This document shows, one piece after another, positions 7,027 to 17,480 of a stretch of DNA of 64,000 nucleotides. Numbering within the stretch: position 1 is the stretch's first letter; each line of letters begins with the position of its first letter. A model generated the notes under the pieces. The model saw only the letters and a program-made list of their open reading frames with translations, was not told the origin of the DNA and did not search any database. Position numbers and translations under genes: made by a program. The DNA comes from Pseudomonadota bacterium (GTDB lineage Bacteria; Pseudomonadota; Gammaproteobacteria; Burkholderiales; Thiobacillaceae): assembly GCA_041694715.1 (NCBI GenBank), contig JBGFSF010000016.1, positions 8,097-72,096 of the forward strand. The letters run 5' to 3'.

Positions 7027-9579
7027 TCAGGCCAGCGCCCCGCGCAGGTCGGCGAGCAGCGCTTCGCGGCCGGCGGCGGTCTCCAGCACCGCGCCGCGCA
7101 CCTGGAACGTGTCTTCCACCCGTTCCCCCAGGGTGTCGATCTTGGCGGCGTCGAGTCCGACGCCGTGCCGTCTCAGCACGTCCGCCACGGCGAACAGCAG
7201 ACCGCCGCGATCCGCGCAGGTGATCGACAGCATGTGGCCGCGCCCCTGTGCGTCCGCATCCAGCGTGACCGTGGTCGGGTAGGGATGGTGGCGCTGGTGC
7301 CGCGACAGGCGCCCGCGCGCCGCCTGCTGCAGCGGCTGGGCCGGGTCGAGTTCGCGCGCGAGTTCGTGCTCGACGAAGCTCAGGAAATCCCGGTAGTGAA
7401 TCCCACGGTGCGCCAGGTCCATCACCTGGAAGCTGTCGAGCGCGTAGCCGTGGTTCGTGGTGTGGATCTTCGCCTCGAGGATGGTGTACTGGATGCGGGC
7501 GAAGAAGCCGCAGATGCGTGCGAAGGTATCGGGTCGCTCGGGCGCGTAGACCAGCACCTGGATGCCTTCGCCCGCCGGCGACAGGCGCGCGCGCACCACC
7601 GCCTCGGGGCTGTCGGCGCGGCGCCACAGCATGCGCGCCTGCCAGGCCATGTCGCGGGCGTCGAAGCGGATGAAATAGCGTTCGTCCAGATGGCGCCACA
7701 GCGCGTCGGCGGCATCGGCGGGCAGGCCGTAGAGCGCGAGGTTGACGCGCGCCTCCTGCTGGCGCGCCGCGATATCCGGGCGCACCGCCGCACCCCCTGC
7801 CAGGCGCGCGCGCGTCGCGTGGAACAGGTCTTCCAGCAGCTTGCCTTTCCAGGCGTTCCAGACCTTGGGGCTGGTGCCGCGGATGTCGGCGACCGTCAGC
7901 AGGTAGAGGGCCGTCAGCCGCCGCGCGTCGCCGATGCGTTCGGCGAAGGCGTCGATGACCGCGGGGTCGCTGATGTCCTCCTTTTGCGCCGTGCGCGACA
8001 TCACCAGATGCATTTCGACCAGCCAGGCGACCAGTTCGGCGTCGGCGCGGTCGAGCCCATGCTGTTTGCAGAAACGGCGTGCGTCGGCCGCGCCGAGTTC
8101 CGAGTGGTCGCCGCCGCGTCCCTTGGCGATGTCGTGGAACAGCGCGGCCAGATACAGCACTTCGGGCCGCTCGAACGCGGCGATGAGGCGGCTCGCCAGC
8201 GGGAATTCATGGGCGAAGGCCGGCACGGTGAAGCGGCGCACGTTGCGCAGCACGGCGAGGATGTGCTCGTCGACGGTGTACACGTGGAACAGGTCGTGCT
8301 GCATCTGCCCGATCACCCGGCCGAAGGCCGGGATGTAGCGACCGAGCAGGCCGTAGCGGTGCATCGCGCGGAGCGCATGGGTGATGCCGACGGGTTCGCG
8401 CAGCAGGGTCATGAACAGCGCGCGATGCCCGGGGTTCGCCCGGAAGGCGGCGTCGATGCGGGTGCTGCCGCGCCACAGCGCGCGCAGCGTGGCAGGCTCG
8501 AAGCCGGCGAGTTCGGGGTGGCGCGCGTACACGACGAAGACGCGCAGCAGGGCGTCGGGCGCGCGCTCGAACAGGTCGGGCGTGCGGGCTTCCAGCAGGC
8601 GCCCGCGCACCTGGAAGTCGGCGTCGATCGGCTGCGGCGGCGCGTCGACCGGAAACAGGCGCACCCGCAGCGATTGCACCAGGATGTCGTTGGCGCGCTG
8701 GACCAGCTTGGCCGCGCGGTAGTAGCGCTGCATCAGGCGTTCGCCCGCCCGCCGCGTGGCCGTCGCCGCAAGGCCCAGCCGGCCGGCGAGCTCGGCCTGG
8801 TAGTCGAAGGCGAGGCGGTCTTCGCGCCGTTTCGCCAGCAGGTGCAGGTGGATGCGCAAGGTGGCGAGCGTGCGTTCCTCGCGTGCGATGCGGCGCGCCT
8901 CGGCTACAGTGAGGAGGCCGGCGCGCGCGAGTCCGGTCCAGCCGCCGCGGATGCCGCAGGCCTGCGCCAGCCAGTGGACGGTGTGCAGGTCGCGCAGGCC
9001 GCCGGGGCTGTCCTTGAGGTTGGGTTCGAGCTTGTAGGCGCTGTCGTCGTAGCGCGCGTGGCGCGCCTGCTGCTCGGCGAGCTTGCCTTCGAAGAAGCGC
9101 TGCGCATCGAAGCGCGCGTGGAAACGCGTCTCGAAGGTCTCGAACAGCGTTGCGCAGCCCCACACGAAGCGGGCCTCGAGCAGGTTGGTCTCGACCGTGA
9201 TGTCGGCCTCGGCCTCGGCGACGCAGGCGTCGACGGTGCGCACGCTGTGGCCGATTTCCAGTCCGAGGTCCCAGCACGCCTGCACCCAGGCTTCCAGGGT
9301 GGCCTGCTGCGCGGGCGCGGGCTCCGCCGGCAGGATGAGCATGACGTCGACGTCGGAGCCGGGGAACAGCTCGCCGCGGCCGTAGCCGCCGACGGCGGCG
9401 AGCGCGCAGTCGGGCGGCAGCGCGAGCCGGTCGCAGAGCGTGGCGAGCACGCCGTCGACCAGCGCGGCGTGGCGCGTCAGGTAGCGGGCGGCCGAGGGGG
9501 AGTCGAGAAAGGCGGCGGCGAGCGCCGTGCGGCCGGCTTTCAGCCGCTCGCGCAGATCGGCGGCCGGCGCGGGGCTCAC
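7027..9579 (-). CDS. glnD: [Protein-PII] uridylyltransferase
   Basis: AVGGYGRGELFPGSDVD, LEPNLKDSPGGLRD, HD domain HVYTVDEH, two ACT domains; GTG start overlapping the map stop. Confidence 0.96.
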   Translation of the reverse strand: MSPAPAADLRERLKAGRTALAAAFLDSPSAARYLTRHAALVDGVLATLCDRLALPPDCALAAVGGYGRGELFPGSDVDVMLILPAEPAPAQQATLEAWVQACWDLGLEIGHSVRTVDACVAEAEADITVETNLLEARFVWGCATLFETFETRFHARFDAQRFFEGKLAEQQARHARYDDSAYKLEPNLKDSPGGLRDLHTVHWLAQACGIRGGWTGLARAGLLTVAEARRIAREERTLATLRIHLHLLAKRREDRLAFDYQAELAGRLGLAATATRRAGERLMQRYYRAAKLVQRANDILVQSLRVRLFPVDAPPQPIDADFQVRGRLLEARTPDLFERAPDALLRVFVVYARHPELAGFEPATLRALWRGSTRIDAAFRANPGHRALFMTLLREPVGITHALRAMHRYGLLGRYIPAFGRVIGQMQHDLFHVYTVDEHILAVLRNVRRFTVPAFAHEFPLASRLIAAFERPEVLYLAALFHDIAKGRGGDHSELGAADARRFCKQHGLDRADAELVAWLVEMHLVMSRTAQKEDISDPAVIDAFAERIGDARRLTALYLLTVADIRGTSPKVWNAWKGKLLEDLFHATRARLAGGAAVRPDIAARQQEARVNLALYGLPADAADALWRHLDERYFIRFDARDMAWQARMLWRRADSPEAVVRARLSPAGEGIQVLVYAPERPDTFARICGFFARIQYTILEAKIHTTNHGYALDSFQVMDLAHRGIHYRDFLSFVEHELARELDPAQPLQQAARGRLSRHQRHHPYPTTVTLDADAQGRGHMLSITCADRGGLLFAVADVLRRHGVGLDAAKIDTLGERVEDTFQVRGAVLETAAGREALLADLRGALA

Positions 9580-10385
9580 GCGGCGCGGCGGATGCGGTCG
9601 GGGACCGCCGGGCTGCCGGCCGACACCGTCAATACCTCGTAGCCGGCGTCGGTGACGAGGAGGGTGTGCTCCCACTGCGCGGACAGGCTGCGATCCTTGG
9701 TGACGATGGTCCAGCCGTCGGGCAGCTGGCGGATGTCGCGGCGCCCGGCGTTGATCATCGGCTCGATGGTGAAGGTCATGCCGGGCTCGAGCACGAGGCC
9801 GGTACCGGGCTTGCCGTAGTGCAGCACCTGCGGATCCTCGTGGAAATTGCGGCCGATGCCGTGGCCGCAGAATTCGCGCACCACGCTGTAGCCATGGTTT
9901 TCCGCGAAGCGCTGGATGGCGTGGCCGATGTCGCCCAGACGTGCGCCCGGCTTGACCTGGTCAATGCCGACCCACATCGCCTCGTAGGTCACCTGCATCA
10001 GGCGCTTCGCCTGGATCGACGTTTCGCCCACGGCGAACATGCGGCTGGTGTCGCCGTGCCAGCCGTCCTTGATCACGGTGATGTCGAGATTGACGATGTC
10101 GCCGTTCTTCAACACCTTGTCGCCTGGCACGCCATGGCAGACCTGGTTGTTGACCGAGGTGCAGATCGACTTGGGGTAGGGCACGTGGCCGTTCGGCGCG
10201 TAGTTGAGCGGGGCGGGAATCGTGCCCTGCACGTTCACCATGTAGTCGTGGCAGAGGCGGTCGAGCTCCCCGGTCGTCACGCCGGGTTTCACGTGCGGCG
10301 TGATGAAGTCGAGCACTTCCGAGGCGAGCCGGCCCGCCACGCGCATGCCTTCGATCTCGGCGCCGGTTTTGATGGTGACGGTCAT
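9576..10385 (-). CDS. map: Methionine aminopeptidase
   Basis: SICTSVNNQVCHGVP, DGWHGDTSRMF, FCGHGIG, SAQWEHT. Confidence 0.97.
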   Translation of the reverse strand: MTVTIKTGAEIEGMRVAGRLASEVLDFITPHVKPGVTTGELDRLCHDYMVNVQGTIPAPLNYAPNGHVPYPKSICTSVNNQVCHGVPGDKVLKNGDIVNLDITVIKDGWHGDTSRMFAVGETSIQAKRLMQVTYEAMWVGIDQVKPGARLGDIGHAIQRFAENHGYSVVREFCGHGIGRNFHEDPQVLHYGKPGTGLVLEPGMTFTIEPMINAGRRDIRQLPDGWTIVTKDRSLSAQWEHTLLVTDAGYEVLTVSAGSPAVPDRIRRAA

Positions 10386-10465
10386 GGATGAAGCGGAATG
10401 GGAATCAAAGCCGCATTCTAGCGCGCCCGGCGGAGGGCGATAAAACCCCGCAGGCAAGGGGGACT

Positions 10466-10489
10466 AAAAAAGGGGCGCTGACGCGCCCC
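10466..10489 (-). terminator. Rho-independent terminator after the small secreted gene
   Basis: Minus strand GGGGCGC-GTCA-GCGCCCC followed by TTTTTT. Confidence 0.85.
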
Positions 10490-10508
10490 GCTGGGATCCC
10501 CCGGGTGT

Positions 10509-10802
10509 TCAAGGGGTGCCGGCCGGCCCTCCATCCTTGCGAAGCTGCTCGCGGGTTTCCAGGCGGAGCTGCTCGCGATCCTGGGTCCGCACGGGGTCGG
10601 CGGCGTGGCTGCCGTCGCGCTTCTGCAGCCGCTTCTCCTCGCGGGTCTGGGCTCGCGTTTCCTGGCGTGGCGCCGGCTGGCTCATGGCGCCTGGGCCCAT
10701 GCCGTAGCCGCCCCCCATGCCGGGCCCCCCCTTGGCCTGGACGGCGCCGCTGGCGAGGCCGGCGACGAGCATTGCGATCGAAACAAGTTTCAGCGGTTTC
10801 AT
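10509..10802 (-). CDS. Small secreted/periplasmic low-complexity protein
   Basis: Signal peptide MKPLKLVSIAMLVAGLASGAVQA, a Gly/Met-rich stretch, then Arg/Gln/Glu repeats (RLQKRDGS, REQLRKDG); AGGAG RBS. Confidence 0.75.
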   Translation of the reverse strand: MKPLKLVSIAMLVAGLASGAVQAKGGPGMGGGYGMGPGAMSQPAPRQETRAQTREEKRLQKRDGSHAADPVRTQDREQLRLETREQLRKDGGPAGTP

Positions 10803-10827
10803 CCTGAGTACTCCTGTGTGATTGAAA

Positions 10828-11172
10828 TCAACGTCCGCGCCGGCCGCCCCCCGCGCCCGGGCCGGCCCCGCTCGCCGGGCTGGCGGTGGTCGGGGCGCCG
10901 TGCAGCAGTTGTTGACGCTGCTCGTAGCCCGCGCCATAGCGCAGCGGGACGGGCGTCGACCCGGCCCCCACCGGTTCGGCGGCGCGCAGGTTGCGCTGCG
11001 CGGTCTCGTCGCGCCCTCCCGGGGGCGGCGCGGCGAGCGCCTCGCGCGGCAGAGACAAGTCGAGCGGGCGTGCCGGCGCCGGTTTGGAGGCCGGGCGTGT
11101 CTCGGCCCATGCCGGTACGGCCAGGGCAAGGACGGTCGGGACGAGAATCAGCTTCAGGCGGCGCAGGGGCAT
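10828..11172 (-). CDS. Small secreted hypothetical protein
   Basis: Signal peptide ending ALAVPAWA; PLDLSLP, YGAGYEQR, C-terminal GGGRRGR. Confidence 0.7.
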   Translation of the reverse strand: MPLRRLKLILVPTVLALAVPAWAETRPASKPAPARPLDLSLPREALAAPPPGGRDETAQRNLRAAEPVGAGSTPVPLRYGAGYEQRQQLLHGAPTTASPASGAGPGAGGGRRGR

Positions 11173-11265
11173 GGTCGTGTCGGTTCGGATTTCGCAGCGG
11201 GATTGCGGCGTGGGACAGAGGATGCGCGCGGTACGTCTCTGGGCGATGTCGCAGGCATGGCGCTG

Positions 11266-11294
11266 CGTGTCGGTACGTGTCGGTACGTGTCGGT
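11266..11294. promoter_or_regulatory. Three tandem 10-bp direct repeats (probable OmpR-family operator)
   Basis: CGTGTCGGTA-CGTGTCGGTA-CGTGTCGGT; another CGTGTCGGT at 11176-11184 and CGGTACGT at 11229-11236. Confidence 0.7.
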
Positions 11295-11461
11295 GTGTGA
11301 CAAGCGCGCAAAGGCGGCTGCGCAGTGGAGTAGGATAACCACCGCCGGGTACGCAGGCACAGCCACCCTGCATGCCGCGCGACCCGTTGAACCCTTGTCC
11401 ATGACCTGCCCATGAAGCGTCTTGCCGAGCCGATTGTCCCGAATCCCGCGCGAGGTGCCAC

Positions 11462-12181
11462 GTGACCGCGCAGGTGGCGCCCCGCGTCCTGGTGGTCGAC
11501 GACGACCCTGGCCTGCGCACGCTGCTCGAAGCCTATCTGGGCGACAGCGGCTTCGCGGTGGAGACGGCGCCCGACGGCGAGGCGATGTGGCGCGTGCTCG
11601 CGGGCGGCATGCCGGACGCCATCGTGCTCGACCTGATGATGCCCGGCGAGGACGGCCTGTCGCTGGCGCGCCGCCTGCGCAGCCGGTCGAACGTGCCGAT
11701 CCTGATGCTGTCGGCGCGCGGCGAGGAAATCGACCGCGTCGTCGGACTGGAGATGGGCGCCGACGACTATCTGGCCAAGCCCTTCAGTCCGCGTGAATTG
11801 CTCGCCCGCCTGCGCGCGCTGCTGCGCCGCAGCCAGGGCGCTGCGACCGAAGCTGCGCCGGCCGCGGACCAGGCTGGCTTCGGTCCTTACCGGCTCGACG
11901 TCGCTGGCCACCGGCTCACGCGCGATGGGGTCGAGGTGAAGCTCTCGGCCGCCGAATTCGCGCTCTTGCGCATCTTCGTCGAACATCCGCTGCGGGTGCT
12001 GTCGCGCGATTTCCTGATCGACACGCTGAAAGGCTACGAGCGCGATCCCTTCGACCGCAGCGTCGACACCCGGGTGACGCGCCTGCGCCGCAAGATCGAG
12101 CCGAACCCGGCCGAGCCGGTCTACGTCCGCACCGTGCGCGGCGAGGGCTATCTGTTCAATCCGCGCGGCGCCGACGCGTGA
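11462..12181 (+). CDS. OmpR-family response regulator
   Basis: Receiver VLVVDDD/VLDLMMPGED/ADDYLAKPF plus winged helix (RSVDTRVTRLRRKIE, TVRGEGY). Confidence 0.95.
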   Translation: MTAQVAPRVLVVDDDPGLRTLLEAYLGDSGFAVETAPDGEAMWRVLAGGMPDAIVLDLMMPGEDGLSLARRLRSRSNVPILMLSARGEEIDRVVGLEMGADDYLAKPFSPRELLARLRALLRRSQGAATEAAPAADQAGFGPYRLDVAGHRLTRDGVEVKLSAAEFALLRIFVEHPLRVLSRDFLIDTLKGYERDPFDRSVDTRVTRLRRKIEPNPAEPVYVRTVRGEGYLFNPRGADA

Positions 12182-13506
12182 AGCGGTTCGCGCGACTGAG
12201 CCTGACGCAGCAGAACGCGCTGTGGCTGGCGGCCGTTTTCATCGTCTTCGAGGTGCTGGCGGCGACGGCCGTGTTCTACTTCCTGATGCTGCCGATGGCG
12301 CGTCGCGCGGCCGACGACCTCGCCGGGCTGATGATGCTGTCCGCCCAGACCTGGAGCGAGCTGCCGCCGGTGACGCGACCGGCGCTCGAATACGAGCTGG
12401 CGCATGCGCACCGCCTGGCGCTGCGCCTCGCGCCGCCCGAACACGTCGTGCCGCCCGCCTGGGACGAGCCCTACCTGCGTTTCCTGGTGGCGTCGTTGTA
12501 TGCGCGCACCGGCGAAACCGTGGGCGCTTCGCGGGAAACCCTCGGCGACGAGACCTGGTACTGGGTGTCGCTGCCGGCGGGCGAGGGGCGGCTGTCGGTG
12601 GGCTTTCCGCAAAGCCGGGTCGGCGCCCGCCCGGTCCATGCCCTGCTGGCCTCGCTCGCGGCCGGCCTGTTGCTGGCGCTGTTCGCGGCCTGGTGGCTCG
12701 CGCGTCGCACGTATCGGCCGCTCGAACGCTTCCAGCAGGCGGCCACATCGCTGGGGCGCGGCCAGACGCCGGAACGCCTGCCCGAGACCGGCCCGCGGGA
12801 GATCGCCGCTTTGAGTCGCCGCTTCAACGAGATGGCGCAGCAGGTCGAGGACCTGCTGGCAGCGCGTACCGTGCTGCTCGCCGGGGTGTCGCACGACCTG
12901 CGCACGCCGCTGGCGCGCCTGCGGCTGGCGGTCGAGATGCTGGTGAAGAAGCCGAGCGCCGGCCTGGCGGCACAGATCGAAGCCGACATCGAGGCGATGG
13001 ACCGGCTGATCGCCGACGTGCTGATGCTGGCGCGCGGCTTCGGCAACGAGCCTGCGGCGTCCGTCGACGTGCGCGAACTGCTGGCCGGGGTGGTCGCGGC
13101 CATCCCGGGCGCGATGGAGCGGGTGCATGTCGAGGCAGCTGATTGTGTGGTCGAGGCGCCGCCCGGCGTGCTGCGCCGCATCGTCGGCAATCTGCTGGAG
13201 AACGCGTTGCGCTACGGCGGCGGCGAACCGGTGACGCTGCGGGCCGAGGCCGGGATCGCCGGCTGCCGCATCGGCGTGCTCGACCGCGGACCCGGCATCC
13301 CGGCCGCCGAGCGGGAGGCGGTGTTCCGGCCGTTCTACCGGCTGGAAGCCTCGCGCAGCGTCAGCACCGGTGGGTCCGGCCTCGGCCTGGCGATCGTGCG
13401 CCAGCTGGCGGCCGCGCGCGGCTGGACGGTCGAACTGCAGGACCGCCCGGGCGGCGGGCTGGCGGCGTGGCTGACGCTTCCGCCTGCACCGGCCGGGTCG
13501 CCTTGA
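12178..13506 (+). CDS. EnvZ/RstB-like sensor histidine kinase
   Basis: Two TM segments, HAMP, H-box GVSHDLRTPL, NLLENALRYG, DRGPGI, GSGLGLAIV. Confidence 0.95.
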   Translation: MKRFARLSLTQQNALWLAAVFIVFEVLAATAVFYFLMLPMARRAADDLAGLMMLSAQTWSELPPVTRPALEYELAHAHRLALRLAPPEHVVPPAWDEPYLRFLVASLYARTGETVGASRETLGDETWYWVSLPAGEGRLSVGFPQSRVGARPVHALLASLAAGLLLALFAAWWLARRTYRPLERFQQAATSLGRGQTPERLPETGPREIAALSRRFNEMAQQVEDLLAARTVLLAGVSHDLRTPLARLRLAVEMLVKKPSAGLAAQIEADIEAMDRLIADVLMLARGFGNEPAASVDVRELLAGVVAAIPGAMERVHVEAADCVVEAPPGVLRRIVGNLLENALRYGGGEPVTLRAEAGIAGCRIGVLDRGPGIPAAEREAVFRPFYRLEASRSVSTGGSGLGLAIVRQLAAARGWTVELQDRPGGGLAAWLTLPPAPAGSP

Positions 13507-13531
13507 AATAAGTCCCTGTTGGAATTAGAAT
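13503..13531 (+). promoter_or_regulatory. Sigma70 promoter of rpsB
   Basis: TTGAAA-N17-TAGAAT. Confidence 0.75.
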
Positions 13532-13561
13532 CGCGGGCTGTCCGGAATGGTCCGGGCAAAT

Positions 13562-13640
13562 TCGCACACCTGCCGAATAAAGGGTGGCGACGCGGCAGGA
13601 CAAGCCGCAGCGCTGCTGGCGGGTGGAGGCTCAACCCTTT
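13562..13640 (+). promoter_or_regulatory. rpsB (S2) autoregulatory leader
   Basis: CGCACAC...GGGTG...TGGAGGCTCAACCC layout as in proteobacterial rpsB 5' UTRs. Confidence 0.65.
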
Positions 13641-13652
13641 AGGAGAAATTCC

Positions 13653-14396
13653 ATGTCCGTCACCATGCGTCAAATGCTGGAGGCCGGTGTCCACTTCGGC
13701 CACCAGACCCGCTTCTGGAACCCCAAGATGGCCCCGTTCATTTTCGGCCATCGCAACAAGATTCACATCGTCAACCTGGAAAAGTCGCTGCCGCTGTTCC
13801 AGGACGCGCAGAAATTCGTCCGCCAGCTCGCCGCCAACAAGGGCACCGTGCTGTTCGTCGGCACCAAGCGCGCCGCGCGTGACATCGTGCGCGAGGAAGC
13901 CCAGCGCGCCGGTATGCCCTACGTCGACCAGCGCTGGCTCGGCGGCATGCTGACCAACTTCAAGACCGTCAAGCAGTCGATCAAGCGCCTGAACGATCTC
14001 GAAGCGCAGCTCGCCGAACCCGGCCGCCTGTCGAAGAAGGAAATCCTCACCGTCCAGCGCGAAGTCGACAAGCTGAACCGCAGCCTCGGCGGCATCCGCG
14101 AAATGGGCGGTCTGCCCGACGCGCTGTTCATCATCGACGTCGGCTACCAGAAGGGTGCCGTCACCGAAGCCAAGAAGCTGGGCATTCCGGTGATCGGCGT
14201 GGTCGACACCAACAACAGCCCGGACGGCGTGGATTACGTGATTCCCGGCAACGACGACTCCGCCCGCGCGATCCGCCTGTACGCCCGCGGCATGGCCGAC
14301 GCGGCACTCGAAGGTCGCGCCCAGGTGATCAGCGAGATCGTCGGCGGCGAGGAATTCGTCGAAGTGGAAGAAGAGGGCGCCCCGGCTGCCGAATAA
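13653..14396 (+). CDS. rpsB: 30S ribosomal protein S2
   Basis: [37 protein letters not shown]. Confidence 0.98.
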   Translation: MSVTMRQMLEAGVHFGHQTRFWNPKMAPFIFGHRNKIHIVNLEKSLPLFQDAQKFVRQLAANKGTVLFVGTKRAARDIVREEAQRAGMPYVDQRWLGGMLTNFKTVKQSIKRLNDLEAQLAEPGRLSKKEILTVQREVDKLNRSLGGIREMGGLPDALFIIDVGYQKGAVTEAKKLGIPVIGVVDTNNSPDGVDYVIPGNDDSARAIRLYARGMADAALEGRAQVISEIVGGEEFVEVEEEGAPAAE

Positions 14397-14414
14397 GCGC
14401 GCCGCGCCGTGACC

Positions 14415-14466
14415 TCGCCGGGCGTGCCCGGCGAACGGATTCGAGGAGGGGCGTTGGCCCCTCTTT
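14415..14466 (+). terminator. Two hairpins between rpsB and tsf (attenuator-like)
   Basis: TCGCCGGGC-GT-GCCCGGCGA, then GAGGGGC-GTTG-GCCCCTC-TTT. Confidence 0.55.
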
Positions 14467-14522
14467 CCGTATTGAATTGTTCGAAACTGGCTGTACTTAA
14501 ATTGAATCTTGGGGAGTTTGAA

Positions 14523-15395
14523 ATGGCTGAAATCACTGCAAGCATGGTCAAGGATCTGCGCGAGAAGACCGACGCGCCGATGATGGACTGCAAGAAGGCG
14601 CTGACCGAAGCCGGCGGCGACATGCAGAAGGCCGAGGAAATCCTGCGCGTGCGCTTCGGCAACAAGGCCGCCAAGAGCGCCGGCCGCGTGGCCGCCGAAG
14701 GCATCGTGACCATCGCCATCGCCGCCGACGGCAAGTCCGCCGCCATGGTCGAAGTCAACTGCGAAACCGACTTCGTCGCCAAGAACGACGACTTCATGGC
14801 GCTCTCCAACGCGCTCGCCGAGATGGTGCTGAACCAGAACCCGGCCGACGTCGCCGCGCTGTCCGCGCTGCCCTACAAGGGCACCACGGTCGAGGCCTTC
14901 CGCACCGAACTCGTGGGCAAGATCGGCGAGAACATGTCGGTGCGCCGCTTCACCCGCCTGAACGCGCAGGGCAAGTTCGCCAGCTACATCCACGGCGGCA
15001 AGATCGGCGTGCTGGTCGACGTGACCGGCGACGAAGCGCTGGCGCGCGACGTTGCGATGCACATCGCCGCGTCCAAGCCGAAGTCGCTCGACGCCTCGGG
15101 CGTGTCGCAGGACCTCATCGACACCGAGCGCCGCGTCGCGATCGAGAAGGCCAAGGAAGCCGGCAAGCCGGAAGCCATGCTGGAGAAGATCGCCGAAGGC
15201 ACGGTGCAGAAATTCCTCAAGGAAGTCACCCTGCTGTCGCAGCCCTTCGTCAAGGACGACAAGCAGACCGTCGAGCAGGTGCTGAAGTCGAAGAACTCGC
15301 AGTGCCACGGCTTCGTGATGTACGTGGTCGGCGAGGGCATCGAGAAGAAGGTGTCCGACTTCGCCGCCGAAGTCGCTGCGGCCGCCAAGGTCTGA
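14523..15395 (+). CDS. tsf: Elongation factor Ts
   Basis: [39 protein letters not shown]. Confidence 0.98.
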   Translation: MAEITASMVKDLREKTDAPMMDCKKALTEAGGDMQKAEEILRVRFGNKAAKSAGRVAAEGIVTIAIAADGKSAAMVEVNCETDFVAKNDDFMALSNALAEMVLNQNPADVAALSALPYKGTTVEAFRTELVGKIGENMSVRRFTRLNAQGKFASYIHGGKIGVLVDVTGDEALARDVAMHIAASKPKSLDASGVSQDLIDTERRVAIEKAKEAGKPEAMLEKIAEGTVQKFLKEVTLLSQPFVKDDKQTVEQVLKSKNSQCHGFVMYVVGEGIEKKVSDFAAEVAAAAKV

Positions 15396-15402
15396 CGAAG
15401 GC

Positions 15403-16116
15403 ATGGCGCCGGTCCGACGCATCCTGCTGAAGCTCTCCGGTGAGGCCCTGATGGGGCCGGACGCCTTCGGCTATCACGCCGAGACGATGGCTGGCTTCGT
15501 CGCCCAGATCCGCGAGGTGACGGCGCTGGGCGTGCAGGTCGGCATCGTCGTCGGCGGCGGCAACCTGTTTCGCGGCGCCACCGGCGCGCTGTCGGGGATG
15601 AACCGCGCCACCGCCGACTCGATGGGCATGCTCGCCACCGTGATGAACGCGCTGGCGCTGAAGGACGCGCTGGTGCAGGCCGGCGTGCCGGCGCGGGTGC
15701 AGACGGCAGTGGCCATCGCCCACGTCGGCGAGGGCTTCGAGCGCGACGCCGCGGTGCGCGAGCTGGAAGCCGGCAACGTCGTCATCTTCGGCGGCGGCAC
15801 CGGCAACCCCTTCTTCACCACCGATACCGCAGCCGCCTTGCGCGCGGCCGAGGTCGGCGCCGAGCTCCTGTTGAAGGCGACCAAGGTCGACGGCGTCTAC
15901 ACCGCCGACCCGAAGAAGGACGCGGGCGCCACGCGTTACCACACGCTCTCCTTCGACGAGGCGATCGCGAAGAACCTGGGGGTGCTCGACACCGCCGCCT
16001 TTGCCCTGTGCCGCGAACAGAACCTGTCGCTCGTCGTGTTCAACGTCTTCAAGCCCGGTGCGCTCAAGCGCGTCGTGCTGGGCGAGGACGAAGGCACGCG
16101 GGTCAGCAACCATTGA
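15403..16116 (+). CDS. pyrH: Uridylate kinase
   Basis: [34 protein letters not shown]. Confidence 0.97.
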   Translation: MAPVRRILLKLSGEALMGPDAFGYHAETMAGFVAQIREVTALGVQVGIVVGGGNLFRGATGALSGMNRATADSMGMLATVMNALALKDALVQAGVPARVQTAVAIAHVGEGFERDAAVRELEAGNVVIFGGGTGNPFFTTDTAAALRAAEVGAELLLKATKVDGVYTADPKKDAGATRYHTLSFDEAIAKNLGVLDTAAFALCREQNLSLVVFNVFKPGALKRVVLGEDEGTRVSNH

Positions 16117-16125
16117 GGAGTAGAC

Positions 16126-16695
16126 ATGGCTGAAACCACCATCGCCGACGTCAAGCAGTCCGCTCAGCAGAAGATGGGCAAGACGCTCGACGCGCTGAAG
16201 AACGATCTCGCCAAGGTGCGCACGGGCCGCGCCCACGCCGGCATTCTCGACCATGTGATGGTCGACTACTACGGCAACCCGACGCCGGTGCCGCAGGTCG
16301 CGAACGTGTCGCTGGCCGATTCGCGCACCTTGAGCGTGCAGCCCTACGAAAAGAACATGGTCGGCAAGATCGAGAAGGCGATCCGCGATTCCGATCTCGG
16401 CCTGAATCCGGCCTCGCACGGTGACATCATCCGCGTGCCGATGCCGTCGCTGACCGAGGAGCGCCGCCGCGATCTCATCAAGGTCGTGCGCAACGAGGCC
16501 GAAGGCGCGCGCGTGGCGGTGCGCAACATCCGCCGCGACGCCAACAACACCCTGAAGGACATGGTCAAGGCCAAAACCGCGACCGAGGACGAGGAACGCC
16601 GCACCCAGGACGAGGTGCAGAAGCTCACCGACAAGTACATCGGCGAAATCGACAAGATGCTGGCCGAGAAGGAAAAGGACCTGCTCGCCGTCTGA
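16126..16695 (+). CDS. frr: Ribosome recycling factor
   Basis: [22 protein letters not shown]. Confidence 0.97.
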   Translation: MAETTIADVKQSAQQKMGKTLDALKNDLAKVRTGRAHAGILDHVMVDYYGNPTPVPQVANVSLADSRTLSVQPYEKNMVGKIEKAIRDSDLGLNPASHGDIIRVPMPSLTEERRRDLIKVVRNEAEGARVAVRNIRRDANNTLKDMVKAKTATEDEERRTQDEVQKLTDKYIGEIDKMLAEKEKDLLAV

Positions 16696-16718
16696 GCGGT
16701 CTGACGAGCATCCACGGC

Positions 16719-17480
16719 GTGTCGACCCGCGCGAACACGGACCCTTCCGACCCCGCAGTGCCGCGGCATATCGCCATCATCATGGATGGCAATGGCCGCT
16801 GGGCGCGCAAGCGCCTGATGCCGCGCGTCGCCGGCCACCGCAAGGGCGTCGAGGCGCTGCGCGGGGTGATCCGCGGCTGCGCCGAGCGCGGCGTGTCGCA
16901 CCTCACCGTATTCGCCTTCAGTTCCGAGAACTGGCGCCGTCCGCAGGAGGAAGTCACCCTGCTGATGGAGCTCTTCATGCGCGCGCTCGAAAACGAGGTC
17001 GCGAAGCTGCACGAAAACCAGATCCGCTTTCGCGTCATCGGCGACCTGTCCGGGTTTTCCGAACGCATCCAGGCGCTGATCCGCGACGCCGAGGCGCTGA
17101 CCCGCGACAACACCCGCCTCACGCTCACGGTGGCGGCCAACTACGGCGGTCGCTGGGACATCGTGCAGGCGGTGAAGAAGCTGGTGCTGTCCGGCACGCC
17201 CGCCGGCGCGATCAGCGAGGCGACGCTCGCCGAGCAGCTCTGCATCGCCGACATGCCCGAGCCCGACCTTTTCATTCGCACCGGCGGCGAGCAGCGCATC
17301 AGCAACTTCCTGCTGTGGCAGCTCGCGTACACCGAACTCTATTTCACCGACGCCCTGTGGCCGGACTTCGACGCCGCCGCGCTCGACGCGGCGATCGCGT
17401 CCTACCGCAGGCGCGAGCGCCGCTTCGGCCGTACCAGCGAGCAGCTGCAGGCCGCGGCGCAGGACGGCGAGACGTCGTGA
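16719..17480 (+). CDS. uppS: Undecaprenyl diphosphate synthase
   Basis: [40 protein letters not shown]. Confidence 0.97.
   Translation: MSTRANTDPSDPAVPRHIAIIMDGNGRWARKRLMPRVAGHRKGVEALRGVIRGCAERGVSHLTVFAFSSENWRRPQEEVTLLMELFMRALENEVAKLHENQIRFRVIGDLSGFSERIQALIRDAEALTRDNTRLTLTVAANYGGRWDIVQAVKKLVLSGTPAGAISEATLAEQLCIADMPEPDLFIRTGGEQRISNFLLWQLAYTELYFTDALWPDFDAAALDAAIASYRRRERRFGRTSEQLQAAAQDGETS

Noticed and set aside
7006-7030. TGATCAG...CTGATCA dyad between the basic ORF and the glnD end
   Set aside because: Weak 7-bp stem made largely of the two stop codons; at most a minor terminator
10818-10831. FNR-like box GTGAT-N4-ATCAA
   Set aside because: One mismatch, overlaps the upstream stop codon and lies only about 16 bp from the ATG, so it is not at an activating position; probably chance
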